Below, piece by piece: positions 21,513 through 31,904 of a stretch of DNA of 64,000 bases. Below the pieces are notes generated by a model. That model made no database searches. It was not told the origin of the DNA and was given only the letters and a program-made list of their open reading frames with translations. Within the stretch, counting starts at the first letter, position 1, and every line of letters starts with the position of its first letter. The DNA comes from an uncultured Pseudobdellovibrionaceae bacterium. GTDB lineage: Bacteria > Bdellovibrionota > Bdellovibrionia > Bdellovibrionales > UBA1609. Made by a program: the position numbers and the translations under genes. The DNA is taken from contig CAWDNU010000003.1 in assembly GCA_963803705.1 (NCBI GenBank), positions 32,001 through 96,000 of the forward strand, read 5' to 3'.

Positions 21513-21665
21513 AGATTGACCAACAAAATTTTAAATTTCATAATTACTAAATACGACTCAAAAAGCAGGGTTTTTGGCATATATATCGTAGGCTCAGCCG
21601 AGTGTTTTTTTTGAACTAAAGATTAAACACAAATATTAATCATTTTAAATTTAAGGACGAATTTA

Positions 21666-22594
21666 ATGAATAGTTTAGTTAAATCAAAAAGTAAATAAGC
21701 TTGAGCCCAGCTTTTCAATAGATCAAAAAAATGCTTACCATCTTGAACTAGAAAAAAGACTAGTTAATGAGACAAGGTTGATCGCAAATTTTTTAAGTCA
21801 AAAGACTTTAAACACACAAATTGCTTACGAATCAGACTTAAAATCTTTCTTTGATTTTTATTCTGATTTAAGTCTTTCTATTAAAGATATAACTGATACT
21901 CATATCTTGGTTTACTTAAAAGAAAATGGTCATTTAAAAAAATCCACATTAGCTCGAAAAAAAGCCGCAATCTCAGCATTTTTAAAATACTGCTTTAAAA
22001 AAAAGTATCTGGATAAAAATCCAGCGGATCTACTTGATCCAATTCAAGTCCTAGAGCAAACCCAAAATAGAGTCATTGATCACGAAGATATATTGATGAT
22101 GTTAGAAAGAGAAGAAAATAGTCGAAATAACACAATGATCAGAACACTTATATAAAACTGGAGTTAGAGCAGGGGAGTTAGTTAATCTAAGATTTACGGA
22201 CTTAAAAAAAAGGTCTAACGCTTATTTTTTAAATGTCATAGGTAAAGGTCAAAAACCAAGGTCTATTAAAATAGATGACGAGTTAGCTAAAATGCTACTT
22301 GATCTTAAAAGTACAGACAAAAAAAACGAGTATATATTTAAGTCTAAAAACTTTAAAACCAAGATGTCTATTCAAGGTATAGGTAAAATCGTTAAAACTG
22401 CGGCGCAAAGAATAGGCCTTGGTGATGAGGTTTCAACTCACTGGTTAAGACACAGCCACGCTACGAAAGCCTTGGAAAATGGGGTGGATATAAGAGTTAT
22501 TCAAAACACCCTAGGGCATGACTCAATAATGACAACGACAAAATATACTAGGGTGTCGCCAATGAAGAGTAGTGGGGATGGAATAGATTTTTAA
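21666..22594 (+). pseudogene. Tyrosine recombinase (Xer-like), frameshifts near 21690 and 22150
   Basis: SAM-like N-domain, KTGVRAGEL, GKGQKPR, HWLRHSHAT, LGH, TKY. Confidence 0.88.
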
Positions 22595-22616
22595 AATTAC
22601 AAGCAGATTAAATCTT

Positions 22617-22700
22617 TAGACTTTATGACCACATTAAAGAAAGCCCTTCTTCGCAGAAAGGCTCAATGAATTTAAAAATTGCTTGATTAATCAATAGGGT
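22617..22700 (-). repeat. ~85-bp terminator-containing repeat, copy A
   Basis: Hairpin AGCCTTTCT-GCGA-AGAAGGGCT plus T-rich tail on the minus strand; homologous to 37900, 49490 and 53089. Confidence 0.85.
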
Positions 22701-22732
22701 CATTTGAGTTTTTCTAGTTTAGATAAGATAAT

Positions 22733-23176
22733 TTACCTAGACACATGAACAAGGTTTGAACAAATATAAAGTCGTTCAGTTCTAGATTTACAGTAATCAT
22801 ACGAACTGTAATACTTAAATGGTCCTCCACCAGTGTCCCTGGCTAAGCGGTATCTTAAAATTAGATAGTGGCCTACACTGTTTATATAAACATCATCGTA
22901 ACTGCGATCACTCTCACTGCGTCCAAATTCAGACGCAAACATATCTACTGGAGCGGCTCCGGCTCGCACAAGTTTGAATCCTTGAGTTGAGCCAATATTA
23001 ACCTTTACAAGGTCAGGGTTGTAAGACGTATAGTCTAAACTATTGTCATAAATTTTATTCTTACCCTTAAATTCACAAGTCTGATTCGAATTTAACGCCT
23101 GTCCCTTATAATGAATGTCTGATGACAAAGCGTGTTGAGCATAAGCAAATGTTAAAAAAAATATTAATTTGCGCAT
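22733..23176 (-). CDS. Hypothetical secreted protein
   Basis: Signal peptide MRKLIFFLTFAYAQHALS; GGGGAG RBS. Confidence 0.75.
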   Translation of the reverse strand: MRKLIFFLTFAYAQHALSSDIHYKGQALNSNQTCEFKGKNKIYDNSLDYTSYNPDLVKVNIGSTQGFKLVRAGAAPVDMFASEFGRSESDRSYDDVYINSVGHYLILRYRLARDTGGGPFKYYSSYDYCKSRTERLYICSNLVHVSR

Positions 23177-23513
23177 CTGGTCTCCCCAGGTTAAAGATAA
23201 GTTACATTATCATCTTACTCATACCTGCTTAAAAAAATAAATAAATACCAGATGTGCAGACTAATTTGTGAAATTTATACTCAGTCTGTTAATTAAATTT
23301 ACAGATTAAATTAGCTTCTTTTTACCTATATTTATAAACCCAATGCTAAGAACGAAAATATGGATACTAAAGCACATTAAAACTGTCTAAAATACTAAAT
23401 TTAGGTGCCGTAAATTGTCATTTTAAAGCGATAGAATTCCGACCAGATCGAAACAGAATAAATCCCATACTTTAATTCAAAAAAGACTAATTTTATTTAA
23501 AAAATTACGATTT

Positions 23514-23541
23514 AGGTAACATAAATATACTACTATTAGAT
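23514..23541. other. dif-like site S2
   Basis: AGGTAACATAA-ATATAC-TACTATTAGAT; one half is shared with S5 and the other with S3. Confidence 0.6.
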
Positions 23542-23678
23542 TTTTTAAAATTGGATTTTGGAATTTAAAAATTAATTAAATATGAATCAAAAAGCAGTGT
23601 TTTTGATGATTAAACAATTACATCAGCCGAGTGAAATTTTTTTAAAAATGGGGATTAATGAATTTCTAGACTTAAATA

Positions 23679-26600
23679 TCAACTGCTTAGATAGCTTGTG
23701 CACATACTAGCGTTTTCTAGCTCTTGGTTGTCTAAATTAAGCCTCAAAAATTCAATACGACTTGCTTGATCTCTGATACGTAAAGAATCTTTCAAGATTT
23801 GATAAGAAGGTCCAAAATCATAGACTGTAGAAAAAGTGTAGTGAACTAAAGTCATTAAAACCACTTGATCTCCTTTTTCAATCACAAGCCTTAGAAGATC
23901 CGTCATGTCTTTGGTGTGGGCTTGTGAGAAAGTGAACTGAGCTAAACTAATTAAAACACTTTGATCCCCTTTTTCGATTACAAGTCTTAAAAGATCTGTC
24001 ATGTCTTTGGTGTGGGGTTTAGAGAAAGTGTTGTAAGCTAAGTGCATTAAAACTTGTTTATCTCCTTTTTCAATCACAAGTTTTAAAAGGTCCGTCATGT
24101 TTTCGGTGTGGGGTTGAGAGAAAGTATACCGAGCTAAATCCCTTAAAACCCCTTGATTACTTTTTTCAAACATAAGTTTTAAAAGGTCTATCATGTTTTG
24201 AGTGTGGGGTTGAGAGAAAGTGTGCTCAGCTAAATACCTTAAAACCAGTTGATCCCCCTTTTCAATCACAAGCCTTAAAAGATCTGTCATATTTTGAGTG
24301 TGGGGTTTAGAGAAAGTGGACGAAGCTAAATAACTTAAAACCTTTTGATCACCCTTTTCAATCACAAGCCTTAGAAGGTCCGTCATATTTTGGGTATGTG
24401 GTTTAGAGAAAGTGGAATGGGCTAATTCTCTTAAAACTTCATGATCGCCTTTTTCAATCACAAGCCTTAAAAGATCCGTCATGTTTTGGGTGTGGGGTTT
24501 AGAGAAAGTGGACGAAGCTAAACCTCTTAAAACCACTTGATCCCCTTTTTCAATCAAAATCTTTATAAGATCTGTCATATTTTGGGTATGTGGTTTAGAG
24601 AAAGTGGAATGGGCTAATTCTCTTAAAACTTCATGATCGCCTTTTTCAATCACAAGCCTTAAAAGATCCGTCATGTTTTGGGTGTGGGGTTTAGAGAAAG
24701 TGGACGAAGCTAAACCTCTTAAAACCACTTGATCCCCTTTTTCAATCAAAATCTTTATAAGATCTGTCATGTTTTTGGTGTGGGGTTGAGAGAAAGTGGA
24801 CGAAGCTAAATTTATTAAAACCTGTTTATCACCTTTTTCAATCATGCTTTCTTGCAGTGACTTTTTGATGCCACTGGCTTCAGCATCAAATAGATTTTTT
24901 ATTAATATCAGATTGATTTCCTGATCTATATTGGCATCAATTAAGTTTCCGATAATTTGCCAGTTTTCATTTTGAAATAACTTAGGTATTTCATCGTCTG
25001 GATTTTCTAGAATGTCAGCTAAATGTGGATACTTTTTAATGTATTCATTTTTTTTTGATTGCTGTTGTGTTTTACTTTCATTGAAATTTAATCCCACAAT
25101 TTCGGGAATAGTTGTGTCAAAGTTACGTCTTAAAGCTTCTACAAAATCTTTAGCTATCGCTAGCCTTAAACCCTCTGGAATATCAGTAAATAAAAGACGA
25201 GCTTCACTTAAATTTCGAGTAGGTTCAGAAAGTGTTTGAACTAACTCTTTAAAAAACCCCACGTCTTGATTATTAAAAGCCTCCATCAATAAAACCTGAT
25301 CAGGTCTAAGTAAATTATAAACTTGTTCTAAATCAAAAGGAGTGGCTTTAAGTGTGGCATCTTTATCAGATAATCCAATCACTTTATCCGCCAAATCATC
25401 AATGGCAAGTAATCTTAAATCATCAGGTATGTTTAATCTGTGTCGTAACTTTTGAACGTTCTTATTACCACCATTTTCTAAAATTAAATCAGGCTCAACA
25501 AATTCAAAACCCAATTCATTTAATGTGACCCCATGTATTTTAACCTGCTCTAAAACAGCTTTCGTTCTATTGGGATCATTAGCGGATGTGACAAGAACCC
25601 TTAGGCTGCCGTCTTTAATTTTATCTTTTAATTGAAATAATACATCTTGAAGCACAGGTCTTAAGGTCAAGTAGCCTGTCATTGTTCCATCCCCGTGGAG
25701 TTCATAGTGAATGACTTTTTCAGGGTCAGTGGCTTGATTTAACCTTGCTTGATATTTCGCATATGTATCTGGATTGGGTGTGTAATGAATGCTTTGAACC
25801 GCTTCATGATTTTTAAATTCTATGGGAACTTCTTTTAAAAGTGTGTCATCTAAATCTAGCATTAAAATATCAGGGATTGATAATTTTACGGCATCACTTG
25901 AAATCATTTGTGTTATAGCACTTACAATATTTCCTGCTTTAAATTCTTGATTTAACCACTGATATAAAGCTCGTCTTTGATTAAAGACTTTTTTGGTTTC
26001 ATCATTTTGCCAAAAGAGACTTAAATCCTCTTGAAATTTTAAAGCTTTCTCAGGATTCACTTGACCATCTTTTGATGAACCCGTTGGGCTGGTCGGATGC
26101 CAGCGAGTTCCATCAAAATGAAATCGATCGGATCTATCAGTGTATCGTGGCATGTGTTCGTAACTGACAATAGTGCCATGAAGACTTGATGGGGACACCT
26201 CAGCAGCCATTTGATTTAAGTAATATAAAAAGGACCTTGTTGAAGGATGGCTTGAGTTCGATGACGTTAAAAGATGGGTTTTAAGCTGCGCTTCATGCCC
26301 AGGAAAGTAACTCGTAATGACTCTAGGAATGGTTCCAGAAAAGCCAGTATCAATGAACATAATTTTTTTGCCCGATGATAGGTTTTCAGCTGATATGCCA
26401 TTTTGTGCCAAATAGTCCTTAACGTTCTCAGCCTTCATATTGGCTCTTGAAATATTAAGTAAATGAAGTCGACTTTGCACTTCGGGCTGATCTTGGGTCG
26501 CAAGCTTAGCCAAATCATATAAGAGCTCAGCGTCTCTTGCTAAAAAATAAAGATCAAAATCAGGATAAAGCTCAAGGTACTGCGCTATGGCCTCTAGATG

Positions 26601-26813
26601 GGCCCATTTATAGCTATCCCAGGTCGATGGAAGATCCTTTGAATGCGATTGAGGTTCAACAGACATAATATCTGGCCTGTCGAAATAGGACTGAAATCCT
26701 TGGGGAATGGAATTGTTGGGCTCAGAATAGGTGAGCGAAATAAACAGAATTTGGATAAATAGCGAAACTATTAAGGCATATATTTTAAAGGCTGAAATCT
26801 TATGAATTCGCAT
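23679..26813 (-). CDS. Large secreted protein with HAD-like domains and about 11 tandem 32-aa helical repeats
   Basis: Signal/TM N-terminus; FLARD...DTGFSGTI; LDLDDTL...VTSAN...IDD; repeats of EKGDxxVLxxLAxxTFSxPHTxNMTDLLRLVI. Confidence 0.8.
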   Translation of the reverse strand: MRIHKISAFKIYALIVSLFIQILFISLTYSEPNNSIPQGFQSYFDRPDIMSVEPQSHSKDLPSTWDSYKWAHLEAIAQYLELYPDFDLYFLARDAELLYDLAKLATQDQPEVQSRLHLLNISRANMKAENVKDYLAQNGISAENLSSGKKIMFIDTGFSGTIPRVITSYFPGHEAQLKTHLLTSSNSSHPSTRSFLYYLNQMAAEVSPSSLHGTIVSYEHMPRYTDRSDRFHFDGTRWHPTSPTGSSKDGQVNPEKALKFQEDLSLFWQNDETKKVFNQRRALYQWLNQEFKAGNIVSAITQMISSDAVKLSIPDILMLDLDDTLLKEVPIEFKNHEAVQSIHYTPNPDTYAKYQARLNQATDPEKVIHYELHGDGTMTGYLTLRPVLQDVLFQLKDKIKDGSLRVLVTSANDPNRTKAVLEQVKIHGVTLNELGFEFVEPDLILENGGNKNVQKLRHRLNIPDDLRLLAIDDLADKVIGLSDKDATLKATPFDLEQVYNLLRPDQVLLMEAFNNQDVGFFKELVQTLSEPTRNLSEARLLFTDIPEGLRLAIAKDFVEALRRNFDTTIPEIVGLNFNESKTQQQSKKNEYIKKYPHLADILENPDDEIPKLFQNENWQIIGNLIDANIDQEINLILIKNLFDAEASGIKKSLQESMIEKGDKQVLINLASSTFSQPHTKNMTDLIKILIEKGDQVVLRGLASSTFSKPHTQNMTDLLRLVIEKGDHEVLRELAHSTFSKPHTQNMTDLIKILIEKGDQVVLRGLASSTFSKPHTQNMTDLLRLVIEKGDHEVLRELAHSTFSKPHTQNMTDLLRLVIEKGDQKVLSYLASSTFSKPHTQNMTDLLRLVIEKGDQLVLRYLAEHTFSQPHTQNMIDLLKLMFEKSNQGVLRDLARYTFSQPHTENMTDLLKLVIEKGDKQVLMHLAYNTFSKPHTKDMTDLLRLVIEKGDQSVLISLAQFTFSQAHTKDMTDLLRLVIEKGDQVVLMTLVHYTFSTVYDFGPSYQILKDSLRIRDQASRIEFLRLNLDNQELENASMCTSYLSS

Positions 26814-26993
26814 GATTTTATAGACTACAAATAAGGAATTTGTTCAAATCAAGATATGTGCTTTGAAATATTTTTTTGGCTGTAGACGACTTAGACATTC
26901 AGACGGATTGGTATAAAATAAGATTAGTTTTGTTTAAAACTCATATATGTTGAGATACATGGTTTTTTTGTGAAATAAACTAGGGAGGGGAAA

Positions 26994-27993
26994 GTGCTAA
27001 ATGCCTATAAATCCAAGACTTTAAAGGAATCTTCACTTGAGTTTTCAAATTCTAACTTCAAGCTCTGGGATACTGAAAAGTCCTATATTGTTGAAGACTT
27101 AAATAATGTTTTTAGAGAAAATCTTCTTATTTCAAGCTGGCTTCAAACAAAGGCAAAATCAACACAAATTTGGTACTTTAAAGAAGTAATACTTTTTTGA
27201 AAGCCATCCGAATTTAATGATTTATAAAACCAAATCCAGCCATATTCACGAATACCTAGAAAGCATAGAGAAAATAACTGGCTTAAAACGGCGTGAAAAA
27301 GTAAGAGTCTGTTTATCAAGTTTATATAAGTTTTGTAACATATCAAACTACATTGATAATAATCCTGTTTCAGCCATCAAATCCAAAAAAACTTTTGATA
27401 CTCTGTATGATAAAATTTTAGCAGATGATGAAATCAAAATGATGCTAGAGATGACTCCCAAAAAACGAGATCAGATCTTTATTAAGCTTTTAGCTTTAAC
27501 AGGGATCAGGGTCGGTGGAATCCGGGGAATTAAGTTTTCTGATATAAAGTCGACCAAAGATGGGGCACTGATTGAAGTTTTAGAGAAAGGTTTTAAATCA
27601 AGACGTATTTTTGTGAACAAAAAGCTTTATCTAGAGTTGCTAGAACTTAAAAAACCACAAACTAAAAAAGAAAATCATTTTTTCTCTGGAAATATTGTAA
27701 TCAAAAATCAAGTGCCAGATGATTTTTATATCTTCAGATCACAAAAATTTCCATTTACACAACTAACGAATACTCAGTGCTATGAGATCGTTAAAAATGC
27801 AGCCAAAAGGGCTAAAATACATAAAAATGTATCCCCCCATTGGTTTCGTCACACCTATGCTACAAGACTCATAAATAATGAGGTTCCAGTGCATAAAGTA
27901 AAACATCTCTTAGGGCATTCCACGATAGCCTCAACCTCAAAGTATTTACATAAAAATTATGATGAATTTTCAGGAGACGTGTTAATTGTCTGA
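26994..27993 (+). CDS. Tyrosine recombinase 2, frameshift at a T6 run near 27195
   Basis: GGGAGG RBS; TGIRVGG, EKG, HWFRHTYAT, LGH, SKY. Confidence 0.85.
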
Positions 27994-28876
27994 AATTACA
28001 AATTCAATTATTATTTCAAAAAAAATGACTACAAAATCTGAAGTTATATACTTGAAAGAAAACACACTTCTGAATTCATGGGTGAATTCCTACGATGACC
28101 TTACAAAAGCCAAATATATTTTAGAGGCTAAAAATTTCTTTTTGTTTTATCCAGATCTATTTTTAAAAGATGTAAGGGTAGAGCACGTCATTAGATACCT
28201 TGAAGAGGGCTTAGATAAAAAATCAAACTCATCCAAAAATCTAGCAAAAGCTGTGATCTCGTCTTTGTTTAATTTCGCGATTAGGTCTGGATATTTAGAT
28301 TTTAATCCTACAGTGGCAATACGTGCTAAAAGAGTGCAGTCTAAGTTTTATGAAAAAGTATTAAGCCTTGATGAGGTTAAATCTTTAATAAATTCGGCTA
28401 ATTCTGAAAAGCATAAATTGATTGTTGAGCTATTTTATATGACAGGGATCAGGCTTAGTGAATTAGTGCAAATCAAGTGGTTGGATTTCAGAAGGTATAA
28501 AAGTCACTATTTAATTTATATAAAAGGAAAAGGTTCTAAAATTAGGCCTGTTAAAATAACGACTGAGTTTTATGAAAGATTAAAGGCTCTTAAAAAAGTG
28601 GATAAATCTTATGTGTTTTTTTCGCCGGTGAAAGCTGATGAGCACATGAATCCTAAGTGCGTCACTTTAATGATAACAAAGCTTGGTCAAAAAGCCGGTT
28701 TACAGCAAAGAATAAGTGCGCATGCGCTAAGGCATACCCATGCTACCCACTGCATAGAAAGGGGTGTGCCCATCCAAGTCTTAATGGCAAGCTTGGGGCA
28801 CACTTCTATTATGACCACTGAAAAGTACCTTCACGCCAACCCAGATGTGTTCTCTGGCGATACTTTAGAGCTTTGA
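27986..28876 (+). CDS. Tyrosine recombinase 3 (intact)
   Basis: TGIRLSE, KGKGSKIR, HALRHTHAT, LGH, EKYLHANP; overlaps recombinase 2. Confidence 0.92.
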   Translation: MSEITNSIIISKKMTTKSEVIYLKENTLLNSWVNSYDDLTKAKYILEAKNFFLFYPDLFLKDVRVEHVIRYLEEGLDKKSNSSKNLAKAVISSLFNFAIRSGYLDFNPTVAIRAKRVQSKFYEKVLSLDEVKSLINSANSEKHKLIVELFYMTGIRLSELVQIKWLDFRRYKSHYLIYIKGKGSKIRPVKITTEFYERLKALKKVDKSYVFFSPVKADEHMNPKCVTLMITKLGQKAGLQQRISAHALRHTHATHCIERGVPIQVLMASLGHTSIMTTEKYLHANPDVFSGDTLEL

Positions 28877-28921
28877 CGATTTAAGTTAATCAAATCAATA
28901 ATTTAACAATGAAAAATTTTT

Positions 28922-28941
28922 AGTTGGCAAAAATGCCAACT
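28922..28941. promoter_or_regulatory. Palindromic operator upstream of a TA-like pair
   Basis: AGTTGGCA-AAAA-TGCCAACT. Confidence 0.55.
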
Positions 28942-28972
28942 TTGTGTTATCTTTTTATAAATAGGGGTATGA

Positions 28973-29311
28973 ATGATTATAAGGCCCAATAGTTTAATAT
29001 CTGTAAAAACTAACTTCGGATTTAATGGTCTTATAATTACGGAAGTTGAAATTGATATTAATCATGTAAACTTCGGGAAAAATAAATCTAAAAAGCGATC
29101 GAATTTTAATGCTGATTTTGTCGCTAAGGTTTGTAACAAGTTTTTTTCAAATAAATTTCTTGAAGATGTTGGTCTTAAAGAGTTTGGCGATGAGGTTTGT
29201 AGGTATTTTAAAATAGATTCGGTATTTGAAAATAAAAAATATAGAATGGTAATTTGTGTTTGCTCAGATAAACCCAACACAGTGGGTGTAATAACGCTGT
29301 ATGAAATTTAA
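28973..29311 (+). CDS. Putative type II toxin (BrnT/DUF4258-like)
   Basis: Small basic protein ending YRMVIC...GVITLY, upstream of an HTH gene. Confidence 0.5.
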   Translation: MIIRPNSLISVKTNFGFNGLIITEVEIDINHVNFGKNKSKKRSNFNADFVAKVCNKFFSNKFLEDVGLKEFGDEVCRYFKIDSVFENKKYRMVICVCSDKPNTVGVITLYEI

Positions 29312-29322
29312 GGAAAATTAAA

Positions 29323-29610
29323 ATGGCAAAAGGTCCTTATGAAATTAATTATGATGATTTTATGGAATCAAAAGAGATTACAGATCCTGTTAGTCTATTA
29401 AAATTAGAACTTGGTTCAAAATTTTTAAAGATTACAAATAAAATGGAGACCGCTGAAATATTAAAAATAACAGGTCTTCATAAATCCGACTTATCAAGAA
29501 TAAGAGCCGGATCATTAGAGAGGTTTACTATTGATCGCATAATCCATCTATTAGATGCGCTTGGATATAAGGCCAAAATAAGTATGATTAAAGATCAAAA
29601 AGCATCCTAG
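29323..29610 (+). CDS. XRE-family HTH antitoxin-like protein
   Basis: TGLHKSDLSRIRAGSLERFTIDRIIHLLDALG (HTH_37-like). Confidence 0.8.
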   Translation: MAKGPYEINYDDFMESKEITDPVSLLKLELGSKFLKITNKMETAEILKITGLHKSDLSRIRAGSLERFTIDRIIHLLDALGYKAKISMIKDQKAS

Positions 29611-29632
29611 AATCTATTTAGTAAGTTAAAAA

Positions 29633-29660
29633 ATCTAATAGTAATTAAGTTATATTACCC
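29633..29660. other. dif-like site S3
   Basis: ATCTAATAGTA-ATTAAG-TTATATTACCC; 29626-29643 is the exact reverse complement of 23531-23548. Confidence 0.6.
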
Positions 29661-29748
29661 TGTTGACCAAATTTTTTTAAATTCGGATTTTAACAAATAT
29701 CGATCAAAAAGCAGGATGTTCCGTGCAAATATAGAAAGATCAGCTGAA

Positions 29749-29815
29749 ATGACCACAACAAAATATACTTGGGATTCGCCACATAAGCGCAGTAGAGATG
29801 AAATTGAATTTTTAG
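29749..29815 (+). pseudogene. Remnant of the last ~21 codons of a recombinase-1 paralog
   Basis: MTTTKYTWDSPHKRSRDEIEF versus MTTTKYTRVSPMKSSGDGIDF (22529-22594). Confidence 0.7.
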
Positions 29816-29892
29816 AAAGTTGTCTAAATTACAACAATAGACGAGTAAACCTTGTCTATTAAGTTTATTAAATCAAAGATGGAAATTCAAAT

Positions 29893-30525
29893 TTATAAGT
29901 AAATTTTTTCTTCGATTAATCTAATTCGTTGGATGGGATCAAGCAGTAGATCGTTATAAGATTTTATAATTTTCTTTTTTTGTTGCTCAAAAAAATCTCT
30001 AAATTTAGTCAAATCGAAACCATTAAGCTCTAATTGCTCGAAAGCAAAATTATCAGCATCAACTTCATTTTGTAATGCCTCTAAACCAAGTAGCGACAAT
30101 TCATCAACTTTCAAACTTTGGGAGCTGCTATCAAGTTTTTGTTTATATTCTTCCAAAGCCATAACATTTTTATTAGTTATTATATGGCCGAATTCATGCA
30201 GGATTAAGTACTGAACTATAAATTCATAATTAGGATCTTTAAAATTTGCCTCCATTAGGTGAATATCGTGTTCTTTGTTATTCATGGCAGATGTAAGATA
30301 GGCTTCCCCTACGGTATTTTTTCTAGCATTAGGCTCATTCTCGATCTCGTTATCAGTTATATAAATTACTACTGATTTGTAGGTGGTTTGTCCTAAAGAT
30401 TTTACGTATTTTTTTAATATCGTTAATAGGCGATCAATATATTTTAAATGAATGTCAGACATTTCTAAAATGTCTGAATCAATCCATATTTTTTCACTAA
30501 GCTTTTCACCTCCAATTTCAACCAT
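29893..30525 (-). CDS. HExxH zinc metallopeptidase (ImmA/IrrE- or M48-like)
   Basis: LHEFGHI ... EVDADNFA; AGGAGA RBS before ATG at 30525. Confidence 0.65.
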   Translation of the reverse strand: MVEIGGEKLSEKIWIDSDILEMSDIHLKYIDRLLTILKKYVKSLGQTTYKSVVIYITDNEIENEPNARKNTVGEAYLTSAMNNKEHDIHLMEANFKDPNYEFIVQYLILHEFGHIITNKNVMALEEYKQKLDSSSQSLKVDELSLLGLEALQNEVDADNFAFEQLELNGFDLTKFRDFFEQQKKKIIKSYNDLLLDPIQRIRLIEEKIYL

Positions 30526-30650
30526 ATTTAACTCTCCTAGAGATCCTGCAATTTTTATTCTAATTAATATGTACACTGATTCTAAGTATACTATCGGTAC
30601 AATTTATTTATTGTTGCAAAAAAAAATTATTAAATAATCCTAATATAGGC

Positions 30651-31904
30651 TTAAGATACCTCAAGTAACTCACTGATTCTCGTAGAAAAGCACTTAGACT
30701 TCATCTGGCTTTGCATCTTCCAATGTTTATTAATTCCACAAGATGCAATCTTTATTGATTCTGGTCCATTTCGGGAATTATAAAAATCCATCATTTTTAA
30801 AATCTCAATTTCCTGGATGGTGTCATTTTGTGAAAATAGATCGAACTGTGAACCTTGTTCATCATAAATGCTAGATAAAACTATTCCACATTTCTTGTAT
30901 TCATATCCGTGTTTAAATATACCTTCTAAGGCATGAAGGCCTTCTCTGATAAATTTAAAAGTTGATTGGGTAGGGGATATGAATTTTATATTTACAGAAT
31001 CAAAAGTTTGTGGAGTGTTTTTATATCTGTTTGTATCAATAAATATACTAAGACTTTGCGCTGAAGAGTTCTGTCTTCTTAATTTTTCTGATGCTCTTGA
31101 TATATGGGAAGACATAGCTTCTTTAAGTTCTGATAATTTGGTGACGCTTTTACCAAAAGACCTTGATGAAATAATCTGTTTTTTGTTCTTGGCCTCAAGT
31201 TCTAGGTTGATGCAATTCTTAAACCTTAGTTCATCTTGAATCTGACGACCCACTTTAGTTAAAATCTTTTGAATTAGTTTGTCATTTTTATAATGTTTAA
31301 AATCATAGGCAGATCTAATCCCTAGAGCTTTTAATTTTATTTCTGACTGTTTACCAATGCCCCAAATGTCGCCAACTTCAAAATTTCTTAAATAATCATC
31401 GATCTCTGATTCTTCAAATAAGCATAATGTTCCATCTAAAGAAATATCCTTTTTTGAAATTCTGTTTAATACTTTCGATAAAACTTTAGTGTGTGAAAGC
31501 CCAATAGATACTGGAATACCTGTTTCTTTATAGACTTTGTTTTTAATCATTTTAATGTATTCAGGAAGTTCATCTTTTTTAAACCCTGACATATCTAAAA
31601 AGGCCTCATCAATTGAGTATATTTCTAAATTAGGTGTGAACTCAGATAAGGTCTGCATGACTCTTCTAGATAAATCACCATAGAGAGTATAATTTGATGA
31701 AAACGCTATAACGTCTTTAAATTCACTTTTCATTTTGAAATAAGGTATACCCATAGGTACACCAAGTGCTTTAGCTTCAAGAGAGCGGGATACTACGCAT
31801 CCATCATTATTTGATAATACGACTACGGGCTTATACCGAAGCTTTGGGTTAAATAACCTCTCGCATGAAACATAAAATGAATTGCAATCAACAAGAGCTA
31901 TCAT
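30651..31904 (-). CDS. umuC: Y-family DNA polymerase V catalytic subunit
   Basis: [34 protein letters not shown]. Confidence 0.95.
   Translation of the reverse strand: MIALVDCNSFYVSCERLFNPKLRYKPVVVLSNNDGCVVSRSLEAKALGVPMGIPYFKMKSEFKDVIAFSSNYTLYGDLSRRVMQTLSEFTPNLEIYSIDEAFLDMSGFKKDELPEYIKMIKNKVYKETGIPVSIGLSHTKVLSKVLNRISKKDISLDGTLCLFEESEIDDYLRNFEVGDIWGIGKQSEIKLKALGIRSAYDFKHYKNDKLIQKILTKVGRQIQDELRFKNCINLELEAKNKKQIISSRSFGKSVTKLSELKEAMSSHISRASEKLRRQNSSAQSLSIFIDTNRYKNTPQTFDSVNIKFISPTQSTFKFIREGLHALEGIFKHGYEYKKCGIVLSSIYDEQGSQFDLFSQNDTIQEIEILKMMDFYNSRNGPESIKIASCGINKHWKMQSQMKSKCFSTRISELLEVS

Noticed and set aside
23830..24845. 96-bp periodic DNA as a CRISPR array
   Set aside because: In-frame coding repeats with no repeat-spacer structure and no cas genes
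21666..28876. Recombinases as integron integrase IntI
   Set aside because: No IntI-specific insertion is evident and no attC (RYYYAAC...GTTRRRY) array was recognised
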